Source: Anolis carolinensis
Lineage: Eukaryota
Direction: 5' to 3'
Length of the DNA: 64,000 nucleotides
NCBI RefSeq assembly: GCF_035594765.1
Contig: NC_085841.1
Coordinates: 24,473,636 to 24,537,635, forward strand
This document shows, piece by piece, positions 25,061 through 39,418 of this stretch. The translations under genes and the position numbers were made by a program. The stretch's first letter is position 1. Every line of letters starts with the position of its first letter. The notes below the pieces were generated by a model. The model did no database searches and was not told the DNA's origin. It saw only the letters and a list, made by a program, of their open reading frames with translations.

Positions 25061-28000
25061 ACTTAGAACAATCCTCTGAGGTATGTCAGTTTGACAGAAA
25101 ACTATCACTGAGCATCATGGCTCATAGAATCATGGAGTGGGAAGAGACCACATGGGCCATCTAGTTCAACCTCTGCCATGCAGGAAAAGCACCATCAAAG
25201 TAGCCCTTCAAAGTAATTGAAGCTGGATCTCTGAAATCCCATTCCAATATTCTAACCAATACATGACCTTGGTCAATGGAAAAACAGCCCTGGATTTCTG
25301 TGATTCTGGAGTGCACAGAGCAATTTCTTTTACTCGCAATCTCTTATTCCATAACTCGTCCAAATTTTAAAACAAATGGGGGGGAATTACTTTGATTAAT
25401 ATGAATATTTTCACTTGCAATGGGACTTAGTGGCCATGGAGGCTAAGTGTTTGCAAAAATATCTTTTTTGGAACATAATATTTCCAAACAATAATGACAA
25501 AACTTATGGGTTTTTCATAAGGATGACTAGGAGCTTGTACAGAAACAGAAAGTGAATGTGGCTCTAATCCAGTGCTGGCTGTTTCCTCATTGTACAGCGA
25601 CTTTGGTTGAGTATGTTGGGTTTTCTAACTTTAACCCAACTTTGCTCACCTTTATGCAAAGTTGGGGTATATTCTACAGCAGGCCTGCATAAGCTGTGAC
25701 CCTCCAGATGTTTGGGCCTCCAACTTCCCAGAGGCCCTGATCACCTTGTCCAATAGCCAGGAATTGACTTCCAGAACACTTGGAGGGCCACAGACTTGCT
25801 CTAGAGTTTACAAGTTTGATTCAGTCCAAACCCCTGCCCAGATGGAGAACATACTGCCTCCTTTTGCCTGTGTTAACCAGGACTGGACAAATATCCCAAA
25901 TGCATATTGAAAGGCACAGCTGGTAGTTGTACTTGGGAGTTCATTGCTAATTTTTTCAAAAGCTAACCTTAGGCACATGAGCGCAAGTCTGATGAGATAT
26001 TGTAGTTGTGGCTGTTCAGGAACTTCTAGGCATATCAGTCTATCAGACAATCCAACAGATTTCAGTGAGAAGATTTTTTAAAATCACATAGTAGTGCAGT
26101 GTGATTGTACTAATACTTTAAATAGGTTAGGCATTGTTCTTTAAGAAAATTATCCAAACTGCTGGAATGTCGTATCCTGATCATAAGCATCAATTAAGGC
26201 AACTGGGGAGTCACCATAAGTGGGAAATGATTTGAAGGCACACAATAAAATTTTATATTTGTTGTTGATATGGAATCGAAAGGCTGCTCTGAGTCCCCTC
26301 CGGGTCAGAAAGGCGGGATATAAATACTGTAAATAACGAAATAAACAACAACAAATCAATGTAAAAGGATGACATTAAATTGATGTGATTTTTGGGGTAA
26401 TACTTTTTAAAATCCATGTCTAAAATACAACAGAGATGATTACACCAAATTTTATATCAGCTTATTAGAAGTGCATAATAGTGAATAGATAATTTTGAGA
26501 TGGGCTAATCTTGGCGCTTAAAACAGATTATTTTCAGCTTTTGTTTCAAAACCATGGCTTTGTCTGAAAATTTTGTTGCATTTGCATTACACAACTTTTA
26601 AAACCTACTCTTTTTATTTACAAAATGTACGTCTTTCCCCAGTGCCCTAATGGGAGGCACAGAAAGGTAAGTCTTTTCTATTTGTCTAAGTATAAACACA
26701 GCAATACATTACTTTTTGTCATTATTTAAAATGACTGATGATCTGCTAGCCTTTTAGGATGTAATTTAAAAATCATTTGTCTTTGTGTGAATAACTAAAA
26801 GTGTACTTCCTCTTGAAATAAAGCACAGCTAAAAAAGAAAAAGAAAGAAGGAAGGAAATAAAGAAAGAAAGACATTAACTATGGATATTTTATAATACTC
26901 AGTGGAGCCTGAGATAGATATAATATATCACTACTTATTTGGTATATTTGCGTTAAATGGAGTTTTGCAAATGGTCAGATTGCATAAATAGCATGAAACT
27001 GGTTCAGGTTCGTATCCATAGGTTTTCTAAAATCTACATATTAGGTTTGGGCAATCCGGGTAAACCTTGACCCGTTTTGTGTCCTGGCATTTGCTGCGGG
27101 CCTTGATTTGTTGTTTGGGAGCCTCTCAAAATCAGAAGGGCAAATATGTGTTTTTGCTCTGAGGTGCCGAAAGATCCATTTATAGATATGGAATTCATTT
27201 CCCTCCTATCCAAAATGTTGAACCCTACTCTTCATATAGGATTTGATACTTCGGATAGCTATTTTAAAAGTGCAGACTGCATCCCAGAATGGACCAACTG
27301 CTCAAATGACATTGCAGCTACTCAGTTTCCCAAATGAGAGCTACTGTTTTTTTAGGGCGTGGATGAGCTTTTTTGACTTTAAAATTGAATTCCGCTCAGA
27401 TGAGGAATCTATAAACAAACATATAGAATTTTAAAACATTTATGCTCAAAGAAAGGGGCCATCTTGCCAGCCACAGCTGAACTATGGAAACTTGACTAAG
27501 ATACACAGGGGACTGGGATTTAGAAGGGGAGGCTTTTGTCATTAGATGTGTCATTTACCTGAGAAAAACATAATGTCCACCTGAAACCTGGGGTGTTTCA
27601 GAACCTGTGGCTATTCAAACTGTTTAAGAACACCAAGCTCCATAACAATATAATTAGGAAATAAGACATTACAACCAGGCATTTCTTGCTTATTATTGCA
27701 TACCAAAGGTGGCTATATGTAGAAGGTTGCAGAGAAAGGGACTTTAATTACCCAGTAAGTGCAATAATCCCTTTGAAACGTGCTGTCTGGAGAGCCTGGT
27801 TGAAATGGAATTTAGAAATAATGTTCAGGAAAACAGACAGACTGGTACGTTTTCTGTGCATTAATGCTGTCAAAGTAGTGTCAGGTATAGAACAAGTTCC
27901 ATTTGGGTCAAGTTTCCATAAGCAAAAATGGGCCCCAAGATTGGCTTTTTAAACAAGAAGATAGAAGCAATGGTTACTTCCAAGTTTTTTTAAAAAAAAA

Positions 28001-29127
28001 CATTACAATAATAATTATGTTGCTAGTGCTGTTCATAATGGGCAGAAAGATCATTGGAACTATTATTTAAAAGTTCTTGCTGCTTGTTAAAATTTTGATC
28101 AATTGAATTTAGATTCAATTCACTTTAACTAAAAGTGCTTTTATTAAAACTTTTTGCCTAAAGGATTTTGTTATTTTTGACCAGAGTAGGAGCATTAAAT
28201 ATGCTAAATTTAAAGGTCCTTCCAGACAGGGCCCAAAATGTCAGACCCTGTTGGACTTTTACCTGAGATGTCCAAACAATGCCTCAGGTATATGATGATT
28301 AATTCGCCACAAACAGGAAAACTCTGCTTTGTCTCAAATCAATCAAATACCCATTAGAACTGGGCCTTCCTAAAAGGCCTGGATTTAATGAGGTATGGTC
28401 TAATGGGGTATGGTTTTTTAAACCCACTTTGGTGCGAATTTCAGACATGTCTGGAAGTGCCCTAAGTTGTTTCCATCTTATGGAAACTCAGTGGTTTGAA
28501 CTTTGAGTTAGGATTCTGGAGATCGCTTGGTCATGGAAACCCACTGGGTGACATTGAGCGAGTCATACACTCTCAACACAAGAAAACTATGTGATAAGAT
28601 TTTATTGGCCATATTTGTTAAGAGGAGGGTTGTCTTTGTTCTGCTTTGAGGCCGAGAGTGTATGACTTGCCCAAGTTCACCCAGAGTGTTCCCATAACTG
28701 AGGAGGGATTTGAACCTTGGTTTTTAAAGTTATATTCCAACCCTCAAAACACAACTCCATACTGGTTGGCAGCCTTTTTCTTTGGATGCCTAAAATCTAT
28801 AAATAATCAACCCAGTTTCAAAAGCTTAAATGCATAGCTGGTTTCATATGGTTTTTTTTAAAAGAGGTAGCCATTGCATATTTTATTATATTGGTTTTAG
28901 ATTATTTTCTATATGCTGCCCTGTATGGGTTTTTTTTTTAAAAAAGAAAGGAGTGGTTTATAAATATTTAAAACACAAATAAATATTAAATCCATGTGGG
29001 TATATGATAAAGTAAATAGATATTCTTAAATCAACACAGAATCGATATATGTAGTGAATCTGCTGTCATATTACACATATGAATCAACTTAGTGATACTC
29101 AGTTGTTTCCATTCCATCCAACTATTA

Positions 29128-29262
29128 GCCTCCCACAAGGATGGTAAAAACATCAAAACATCCGGGCGTCCCCTGGGCAACGTCCTTGCAGACAGCCAAT
29201 TCTCTCACTCCAGAATCAACTCCGGTTGCTCCTGACACGAAAAAAAAAACCAAAAAAAAAAA
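29128..29262 (+). mobile_element. 5'-truncated A-tailed SINE, family of 37447 and 57213
   Basis: Reverse complement of the 57213 copy's 3' part, ending in poly(A). Confidence 0.75.
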
Positions 29263-30042
29263 ACCCCTTGGTGAATACTAAGTTGGGTTATTGTTTCTAC
29301 ACGGGGATATCAGCATTTAACACTGCATTGTGTTAACAGAAAGCAACAGAAATATTTAGAAAAGGAAATTTTGATTTATACAGTCAAAACATTTCACAGA
29401 CATTATTCCATGGACTACAGTTGATCTCAGAGTTTATTACTGTTTGATCTTTTTTTTTTTTTTTGCTTGACTCTTGGCCTTTTCACTTCTGGAAATCTAT
29501 GTCCTCAATGTGAAATATCATGTGGATCCAGGATAGGTCTTCACAGTCATCTATGGATCCATCACCAAGACTCTTCCACTAGAGGAAAATCATATTTGGC
29601 CACAAGTGATCGATCCTGAATATTGTTGTTGTTTAACTTTTTTTGTTTTGTTTGTTTGTCTCTTGGTCTTCACACTTCAGGTTGAACAACGGTCCATGGG
29701 TTTTCATTTAATGTGGTGGATTGAATAAGATTTCAGACAAAGTGTAAGCTAGCAATTGTGTTGCAAGTTATATTTAGAAAGGAGAGAAAATGTTCCTGTC
29801 ACACTATTCAGAATAAGGTAGAACAAGTGAAACAATCTTTTTATCAGTTTTAATCCTGCTCCTGGGATGCATTTGCACTGTGGATTTAATGCAGTTTGAC
29901 ACCACTTTGACTGCTATGGCTCAATGCTATGGACTGCTGGGATTTGTAACTTGATGAAGTATCAACAATCTTTGACAGCGAAAGCAAAGGTCTCTAAAAC
30001 CCATAATTTCGTAGCATTGAGCCATGGCAGCTAAAGTGGCAT

Positions 30043-30792
30043 TGTCATGTGACTCTAAAATTATGGGTTCGGAGCCTGGACCACCAAGTTTCCAAAAGAC
30101 CAGATAATACACAGATGGACTGAAAGCAAAATCGGAGGCTTTATTCTTAATGTCCAGAGAAGATGTCAGTAGAGACAGTACTCCTAAGAACTGACATACT
30201 TCCATGCAAACATGCAGAAATATTAAGAGCACTTTGACAGCAGTTTGAAACAAAGGACTTCTGCTGTCCTGAGTATCGATTGGTTCAGATTGTGGCAGGA
30301 TAGGATCTACAGGCTGGTTGGCTGGGATGCTCTGTCTGTCGTTGCCTTCAGGTTTGGAGGGAAATTTAATAAATTGTCATTACTCAGTTTGAAGTTTTGT
30401 GGCTGTTGCTTGTTCCAACTCTCTTGAGTGTGGGAAGGGAAAGAATATAGGTAGGTTTGAGGTAACAATGGTAGTTTCTCCAACCTGGGTGAGGACAGTG
30501 GTCTGTACTGGTAAAACTGGGTTACAATGAGTGTTAGCCAGCCTGAATGGGTTCCCAGGAGAAGAACAGAAGAGGCTGTTGGGCAATTTCTGTGACCTTT
30601 TGTTTGGCTCCATTGTTAGGGGATCATGGTAATTGTGGGACTACCTCCTGAAGTCCTAGGTGTGGTGGAACAACAGTCCAATGAAATTCATGAAAAGTTA
30701 TTACAGGAAAAAATGCAAAAGGTAACGTCCTGTATGTCCCAATGGAGCCACATCTAATAATTCATAATCTAGGGGTCTGATAGTCAACAACA
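30043..30792 (-). mobile_element. Probable solo LTR inserted in a Harbinger-like MITE
   Basis: About 750-bp TG...CAACA insert splitting a MITE (29865-30041 and 30794-30830; intact relatives near 31940-32150 and 54609-54795); minus-strand AATAAA near 30140; TSD ambiguous. Confidence 0.45.
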
Positions 30793-33190
30793 ATGTCAAA
30801 CTGCATTAATTATACAGTGTAGATACAGCTTTGGTGGAACATCCCAGCCAATGGTGGAAGACATGGCATCTGGCGAAATGGCCTCTAGTCTACGGAAGCA
30901 TCACCCACAATTTGTGCTATAGTAATTTAAGATGCCATGAAGAACTTTTTATTTTTTCTTGCAACAATGTATCACAACCAGTCTACTCAGAATATCTCAC
31001 TTCCCAGCATGCATGTTTATACCATTTTACCTGTTTTACATTGGTTTAATTATGCAGTATTTTATTGTATGTTGAATCTGGGCTTGTCCCCATGTGAGTT
31101 GCCCCGAGTCCCCTCTGGGGAGATGGGAGCGGGATATAAAAATAAAGTTATTATTATTATATTATTATTATGTGGCATTGTCAAGGAAAACAATATGAAA
31201 GCCAATAAATCTATCCCTTCTTGGCAGTGGAGAATAAGGTTTGGTACTTCGTGGCATGAAGGGTCTTGTGGTCTTCATTCCTCTCTTTAACCACCAGAAC
31301 CAGGAATTTAAGAATGATCTTTGGGACCAAGAAGACATCGCTTCTGCCAGAATACTATTCCGCTTCAGTAAAATATTCGGTAACTATTAGTAAAATATTT
31401 TCATTTGTATTCAAAGGAAGGCATGTTGCTTTCTTGGTAAATAGTTTATGGGGAGAACTGACTTGAAAAGCAATGGGAATTTTTTTAGTTTTCCTTTACA
31501 CTGGTGCAGTTTTATACCACATGCTGTGTTGCCAATACAATTTTTTGCAGCTTTCTTCATATAGTGTACAACAAAAACATCTTTGTTCAGTTCTCTTTTT
31601 TTTCTACTGAGCTCCCACTCAAGGAGAATGTGAACAAATAAAGAAGTAGATAAATAAATAATGGCTTGCATCTTCCTAAAATTTTGAACTTCTTACATTT
31701 CTGTATTTGGCTTCAACCTATGGGACTGAGCATTCAGCCACAAACTTGTTTTGCTTCACATTTTTTGTTTTGAAAGTCAGCCCTTTCTACTTTTAAAGAA
31801 GAAGGTTACAACAGAAGATATCAGCTTCCATATGTCTTTTCATGTCATGAGATATTTGGGGCCAAAACCAGAGGTTTGCGCTGTGTTTTTTTTAAAAAAA
31901 AGAAAAGCAGAAGTGGTGTTTCAATATATATATGAATGAGGTTACATAGTAGAATTAATGCAGTTTGACACCACTTTAACCGCCATGACTCAATGTTATA
32001 GCTTCCTCCAAGTTGTAGTTTGGAAAGGCACCAGAACTCTTTGGCAGAGAAGACTAAAGACCTTGTAAAACTACAAGTGCCATGAATCGATAGCATTGAG
32101 CCATGGTGGTTAAAGGGATGTTTAACTGCATTAATTCTACAATGTAAATCCACAGAAAGAGAGAGGGGTTTTTCAGTAGTTTGAAACTTCACCAAAATAA
32201 AATAAATTAGTCTCCTGCCTCTCCTCTTTGATGAAAGACGTTCAAGAAGCAAAATGAAATTCCTAAAAGGGCAGGTTAGTTCATTTTTAGGGAGAGAAGT
32301 CATTGTTATGAGAGTAACAGGATATGCCTTTTTCTACCACAACAATGACCTTACTCCCACACAGCGTGAAACTATTTTGCTCTTGAGTTCTATTATTATT
32401 TTTCATATAGCAGGTAGCTGTGACTGATCTCTAAACCTGTTTAGCCTGACGGACATGGTCTGAAAGTATTGTTGCTTCCAAAATAAACAGAGTCTGTAAC
32501 AAGCGGATGGCACCATGGAATCCTGCACACCTTTTATTCATACAAGCAACCCCTGAGTTATAAACATCTGACTTACAAACAACTCATAATTAAGAATGGG
32601 GGCAAGAGAACAGGAAGCGATAGAAATATACTCCTAACCCCTGAAAGTGTTATCATGAAAAAAAGGTGTCTCCATTGAAGCTTTCTCACCAATCCTTGTT
32701 TCCACAACAAGCCAATTTCTTCAAAATCCAATTATCACAGGGACAGAAAGTGAGATGAAATCTTCTGAATAGGGGCACAGACAGCAAAACAAGCACCCCA
32801 TATATTTGGCTGGAGTTACACTTAAAATGTACCTGTTCTACTTACATACAAATTCAACTTAAGAACAAACCTATGTTTGTTCATAACTTGGGGACTGCCT
32901 GCACTGCAAACTATATATTTTTATAAGTGTTACTTTTGCACCTAGGCTTCCACCCCATTCTATTTCTACCTGGGTTACTTTTAAAAGTACGCCTCTCTAA
33001 ATTTAGTTAAATGATTTTCTCCTTTGAATATTTTAAGTTTATATTTTGTTACAATGACATCACAGAGGACAGCTCACTGTTTTCAGAGATATTCAGATTG
33101 CAGTGACTAGCTATTTGTGAGTCACACATTGGGTCATACCAATAAATAAAATAACAAATAAACTTTGGATGGTCAGTTAAGAACCATATA

Positions 33191-33967
33191 CAGTAGAGTC
33201 TTGCTTGGGGCTGGGCTGTGGCGCAGGCTGGTGAGCAGCCTGCTGCAAGAAATCACTCTGACCATGAGGTCATGAGTTCGAGGCCAGCCCATGGCGGGGT
33301 GAGCACCCGTCAATTAAAAAATAAAAAATAGCCCCTGCTCGTTGCTGACCTAGCAACCCAAAAGATGGTTGCATCTATCAAGTAGGAAATAAGGTACCAC
33401 TTATAAAGTGAGGAGGCAAATTTAACTAATTTACGACGTTGGAATGAGGAAGTGCTGTCACAGTGGATGATGAAGCAGCTGCTCCCCCTGTGGCCATCCC
33501 CTCAGGAGAAGGTTAAATTGCCTCTGCGTCTGGCTCTGTCTCGGTTTTATGTGTATATGGGCATTGAATGTTTGCCCTATATGTATATAATGTGATCCAC
33601 CCTGAGTGAGAAGGGCGGAATATAAATAAATAAATAAATATCCAACATAAATAGGCTGGCAGAACATTGGATAAGCGAAAATGTTGGATAATAAGGAGGG
33701 ATTAAGGAAAAGCCTATTAAACATCAAATTATGTTATGATTTTAGAAATTAAGCACCAAAACATCATGCTTTACAACAAATTGATAGAAAAACCAGTTCA
33801 ATGCACAGTAATGTTATGTAGTAATTACCGTATTTATGAATTTAGCATCAAAACATCACAATGTATTGAAAACATTCACTACAAAAACACTGACTACTAA
33901 AAGACAAACTGTGTTGGATAATACAGAATGTTGGATAAGTGAAGGTTGGATAAGTGAGACTCTACTG
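33191..33967. mobile_element. Tc1/mariner (Tigger-like) MITE with a nested SINE
   Basis: TA|CAGTAGAGTC...GACTCTACTG|TA. Confidence 0.8.
33207..33640 (+). mobile_element. tRNA-headed SINE with L2-like (TAAA)n tail
   Basis: A box TGGCGCAGGCTGG, B box GAGTTCGAGGCC; internally deleted minus-strand copy at about 20672-20878. Confidence 0.7.
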
Positions 33968-34868
33968 TAATGCAGTTTGAAGTGCATTGAATTGCATTAT
34001 ATGCTTCTACACTAACCATATAATGAAGTTCAAATTGCCTATTTGGCAGTATAAAACCAGCCTTATTCCTCCATTCTCAATCCTTATAGGAGTCAGTCTA
34101 GCTGTAGATTACGGTCATCGAAATCTGTCAGAACCACTTTTGTTTCCAGTATCCCCTTTGGATATAGGTTTCATATTGTATGTCAGGTTTTTAGTCACAT
34201 ATATACATATTTCCGATGCACATTATGGCTTCATAGATGTTTTTTCAACAAAAAATGCATGACAAGTTTTATTTATTTATCGTATCAGAAGTGAAACCGA
34301 GGGTACAGTTGTAATGTACAAGGAAACACAAACACAAAGTTTAATCAAGGACAGTGTTTATCAATTCGAGTCACAAGTATGTGTGTATAAGGCAATTCTT
34401 GCTAACAAATCAACACTGTTGGCATGTACCCGAATGTGGCTGAACACACATTTTACAAAAAATATCTCAACAGTATATTGCACATTAAGGGAATGCTTAT
34501 ATAACAAACAAAAACAGAATAATGCCAGGAAAAAATTGCAGAATTACAAGATAACTTTTTTTAAAGTAGGCGAATGAGCAAAAAATGGCAATGCAGCCAG
34601 AAGTCCTCTCCATGTATTTGCCAGAAGCTGAATGCCCTCAGTTTGAGTACAGGGAGGTGTAGTGGAGAAAAATTACACACACATCACACAGCTGCAGCAT
34701 CAACATTAGTTACTTATTGTACATGTTTCGATGCTGAAACAAAGCACTTCCAGGAGTCTACTCATGAATTAAAAAGTAAGGCCAAACAATGGAGAGTAAG
34801 ACTGGAATTCCACTGATATGACACCAATTTGTGTGATAAGCAGTGTGATTATGTGCTTTTAAGCATTA

Positions 34869-35205
34869 GGTAAAGGTAAAGGTAAAGATTTTCCCCTGAC
34901 ATTAAGTCTAGTCCTGTCCGACTCTGGGGATTGGTGTTCATCTCCCTTTCTAAGCTGAAAAGCCGGCGTTGTCCGTAGACACCTCCAAGGTCACGTGGCC
35001 AGCATGACTGCATGGAGCGCTGTTACCTTCCTACTGGAGTGGTACCTATTGATCTACTTACATTTGCATGTTTTTGAATTGCTGGGTTGGCGGAAGCTGG
35101 GGCTAACAGTGGGAGCTCAACCCACTCCCCGGACTTGAACCGCTGACCTTTTGGTCAGCAAGCTCAGCAGCTCAGCGGTTTAATCCACTGCACCTCCGGG
35201 GGCTC
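34869..35205 (-). mobile_element. Sauria SINE
   Basis: Homologous to 9718-10055; TSD TAAGCATTA. Confidence 0.9.
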
Positions 35206-36795
35206 TAAGCATTATCAATGGGAAATAGAAAAGCCCAATGCATTTCTTTTCCACCCCTAGCTGTAGGTGTAGCTTTCTGTCTTAAGCTCATATACAAAAT
35301 ACTTTCCTGGAGAAAAAGAGAAAGGGGGAAAAGGAAGGAAATTAGTGTTTCACCTTTGCAAAACTTCCATTTGTTAATGAAGATAAAGTTCCTGAGGAGG
35401 AAAAAAAGTGAAGTGAGCTCTGCCTATGAAAATTCCACAGTCTGGGAGATTAAAAGGTTTTAGGGGAAAATAATACTTTTCTTGTCACTGGTATTCGGTG
35501 GTAGAATGAGGGCAACAGCTGGAAGGCATATGCACAGTGTTTACTGCAGCAATTCTTACACTTTCAGACAGAAGGAAATCCTGTGTGGGATTGAAAAGTG
35601 CAGAGAACTGTCACCAGGGAATAGCCGGTCTGCGTGTGTCTGTGAAAGGAAAACTGTGCGGACCACAGACTCGGCAGCGGGCATTTCCTGCCCAGTTTTC
35701 TGAAGCAGATCAACATTCCCTTCTCTGTCTCCTTGCCTTCCACCCTGCTTTTTGTGATGTATGCGTGAATTTCAAATCTATTGACAGTCAACTCTAAAGA
35801 TGCTATGGAGGTTTCAGGATTTACTTTGCACCAGCCATCCTAATATACACTCCAAACTAAAATATTAATCCTGCATTTCTTGGCAGAGAATGATCCTATA
35901 AGGTCTGCCATCTCTCAGGGCTCACAGACTGATCTTTCCGGGCTAATAAGACATTTGATAGTGCTCAGGGTCTTTGGGGGCTTGGTTTTTTGTTTTTTGT
36001 TTTGGTGGCGGCAGGGATGGTGAAAACAGTTTGGATTTCTCCCTGCTGCATACTTTGATTAGGGAAATATCCAGCAAAGAAAATGGTAAACTGCGGTGCT
36101 GTTGTTGAGTGACCTCTTTACAGCACTGTTTAACATTCATATCTAACTGTTAATAAAGAACATGCTCATTATCCAAATCTGTGTTAAATATACAAACACA
36201 ACGGGGTATTTTGCCCAAGATACACGGGCGAGGTTTCAAATCTAATCACCGTCAATCTAGCCATAGCCAAAATAAATTCTATAGGAAGCAAAACAAACTG
36301 TTGAATAGACAAAGTGGGCTTTAGGGGGCTTCTTTTAAAAAATCCATCCCACCCCCTGCTTTCTTATGTTACTGTGTATTCAATTTCTCCCCCTGTTCTA
36401 TAACAGATAGAATCTTCATATGTATAGCATGCTTGCTGAAATGGAGAAGGGTTGGCATTTTCCACTGCCAGAAAAACAGGCGGGGAGGTAAGGAGAAGGA
36501 AAGGTTATGTAAACTATTAGTTTTTTAATTTCAAGCAAACAAATTGTGCCCTGGAGTACTGGTTTAAGCGATTCCCAGTGTGATGAAGTGGTTTGACTGT
36601 TGGACTACAACCCTGGACACCCGAGTTAGATTCCTTTCTTGCTCATGGGTGAGTCACACCTGAAAATGTGATAGGTTTGCCATGGATATCAGTCAGAAAC
36701 AATATGAAGGCATATACAACAACAACAACAACCATGGCCTTTAAATGGGAAAAAACAATGGTATCCCCCTACTCGTTGACTATTGACTTGTTCAA

Positions 36796-37168
36796 TGTGT
36801 TGGCGAAGGCTTTCATGGCTGGAATCACTGGGTTGTGCACGGGCTTTGTATGAAGCTGGAGAAAGAAGAAAGGGAACAGATATCAACTGCTTTATCAGCA
36901 TCCTCACTACAAGAAGTCCCAACCATCTCCGCAGTGTTTTTCAGAAATATACCAAGTATAGCAAGCATGACATGAACAAGGTTCTGGACCTGGAATTGAA
37001 AGGAGACATTGAAAACTGCCTGACTGCTTCTGGCCATGTTCCAGAAGCATTCTCTCCTGATGTTTCGCCCTCACAACCTCTGAGGATTCCTGCCATAGAT
37101 GTGGGTGAAACGTCAGGAGAGAATGCTTCTGGAACATGGCTATACAGCCTGGAAAACACACAATAACC
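36796..37168. mobile_element. Penelope-like inverted pseudo-LTR structure carrying a host cDNA fragment
   Basis: PLE terminal sequence at 36796-36835 and 37031-37070, then an inverted copy at 37070-37168 with a hammerhead motif. Confidence 0.75.
36836..37028 (+). pseudogene. ANXA1: Processed annexin A1 fragment (193 bp)
   Basis: [64 protein letters not shown] closely matches the ANXA1 repeat 3 region; no introns, no stops, no other annexin exons seen in the window. Confidence 0.9.
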
Positions 37169-37446
37169 TACTGACTTGTTGATTTAGCTCACTTTGTAGT
37201 TGAATCAGTGTTTTTGAGGTGTGTCAGCAAGTATGGAAAAACATGTCTTTTTAAATGAGAATTCTTTCTTGGCTTGAAATGTTGGTACAAGTGCTCTGAG
37301 CTTTCTTATGCGCATACAATATTTCATTTCTGGGAAATTATTCAACTGAAGTTCCAATAAATGTCTATCCTGCCATATTATGCAGATACTTGCAGGTTTT
37401 GAAGATTAACTGTAATAGAAATAGGACTATCTAGAAATAGGCAGCT

Positions 37447-37734
37447 TTTTCATGTCAGGAGCAACTTGAGAAACTGCAAGTCACTTCTGGTGTGAGAGAA
37501 TTGTCTGTCTGCAAGGACGTTGCCCACAGGATGCCCAGATATTTTTGATGGTTTACCATCTTTGTGGGAGGCTTCTCTCATGTCCCCGCATGGGGAGCTG
37601 GAGCTGACAGAGGGAGCTCATCCGTGCTGTCCCCAGGTTGGATATGAACCGGCAACCTTCAGGTCAGCAACCCAACCTTCAAATCAGCAGTCTGCTGGCA
37701 CAAGGGTTTAACCCATAGTGCCACCGGGAGCTCT
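37447..37734 (-). mobile_element. A-tailed tRNA-headed SINE
   Basis: 11-bp TSD AATAGGCAGCT; homologous to 57213-57472. Confidence 0.85.
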
Positions 37735-39418
37735 AATAGGCAGCTCATACTTGGTAATAGTGAGAAGATAACTATTTTCTTGAAGTTAATGTCTTTAGGG
37801 CAGTAGTTAAGAAGTGAATTCTAAGTGCCCTTTTCTTATTTTATCAGTTATTTTATAGGTAATTGTAATAATAATTATGTAGGGGGATATGGTTTAGAGG
37901 AAAATTATAATTTGATAACTTAAGCAGTCAAGAGATACTAAGATTAATTGGAAATGTATGATATGTATGTTGATGCTTCTATTACAATAAAAAATACATT
38001 TTAAAAGGATTCTTCCACTGTTTTCCTTTCACCCATTCAGTTTGCAAATATCTGTGTGCCGAGCCTGTCATTCAAAGAGAGGAAAACCTTTTGACACTGA
38101 AAACAAATCCTAGCTGAGCCATCTGAGATAGTCTCTCTTCTCCCAGGCCTGCCGCCTTTCCCGATGAGACATGCCTGCTCTTACCATTTCATGGTTTCAT
38201 AATCAGATAAGGCCCGTTTTGTGTTCAGTTTTAAGTTAAATATGCTAGACTCCCACCCAACAAAAACATAATCCATCCTCTGGATTGCCAAGTATCCTAG
38301 GTTTTAAAATATATGCAAGCAGCATGATGATATTAATAGGGAAGTTAGTATCTAGTTTCAGGCTACAAAGCCAATTGTAAAGCGGAAGAGGAGAAGTGCC
38401 AACCTCTGAATAAATGTAAGACAAGCAGCACTTGTATATACAAGTAAGATAAATATTACCTGGATTAGTGCAATGAGCCTGGAGCAAAGCTTTATGGTCC
38501 AAATCTGGGATCTATAGCTACTAAAAACACTATTGTTAATACTGCTGAGAGCTGGAAGGTGTCATGCTTTCTCATCAGTCAGTCAGTTAGTCAGTCTGTC
38601 AATCAATTGATCCATCTAATCAACTGATCAATCAATCAATCAATCAATCAATCACCCAGCTGCCTATCTCCTCCTCTATTTCCTTGTGGTAATACGCTCT
38701 TTGGGATATAATAAACTTTATTAACCAACCATAATGATTTCATGGCCAACCCAGGGCAGAATCAGTCTAAGATGTAGGAAGGAAGACACTAAAAGTGCTA
38801 ATTTCTGCCCTCCATTCATGCCTTCCCGGCTAGGACTCAATGAGTAAACTGGTCTTCTAATTGTTCAAATATGGATAAAAGCTTTACCCACCTGGTAAGT
38901 AAATTGCATAATGAAATCCCCAGGGATATTTGACCCAGCAAGGAAATAATAATAGTCAACTTCCAGAAGAATAAATATGGGAATGTTTAAAAAAATACTT
39001 TGGCTTCATTTTCAAGTGGTATTCTTACCATGCAAGGTCTTGGGTGATGAAAATTAGAGACAACATAGAAATGGACATAGTTAAGAAAAGTGAAATTTTT
39101 CAGAAGGTTAGAGTCACAGGTGTGGATGTGTTTAAAGACTGTGTTTAAATTCTGGATCGCGATGCTATGAAAATTGCACTGTGCCATAGAGCTACCCTTA
39201 GGCAAGATACTTGAGAAATGGTAAGATAGATGAGAGGATCAGGAAATTATGGTGAATGAAGAACAGTTCAAGATTTCTTCCTGATCAATGGGCACCAAAT
39301 TTATACGTTATCCCGGGTATATAGATATATAAAACAGGTATAGGTCAAACATTTACTCATAACAAATTAACATTTGCAAAGCTCACTAAAAAGCCTTGCA
39401 AATGTTTCTTATGAAGTA

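Noticed and set aside
36783-37166. 127-aa ORF as a functional annexin gene
   Set aside because: Only 64 codons are annexin; the rest is PLE sequence, the start is TTG and there are no other exons.
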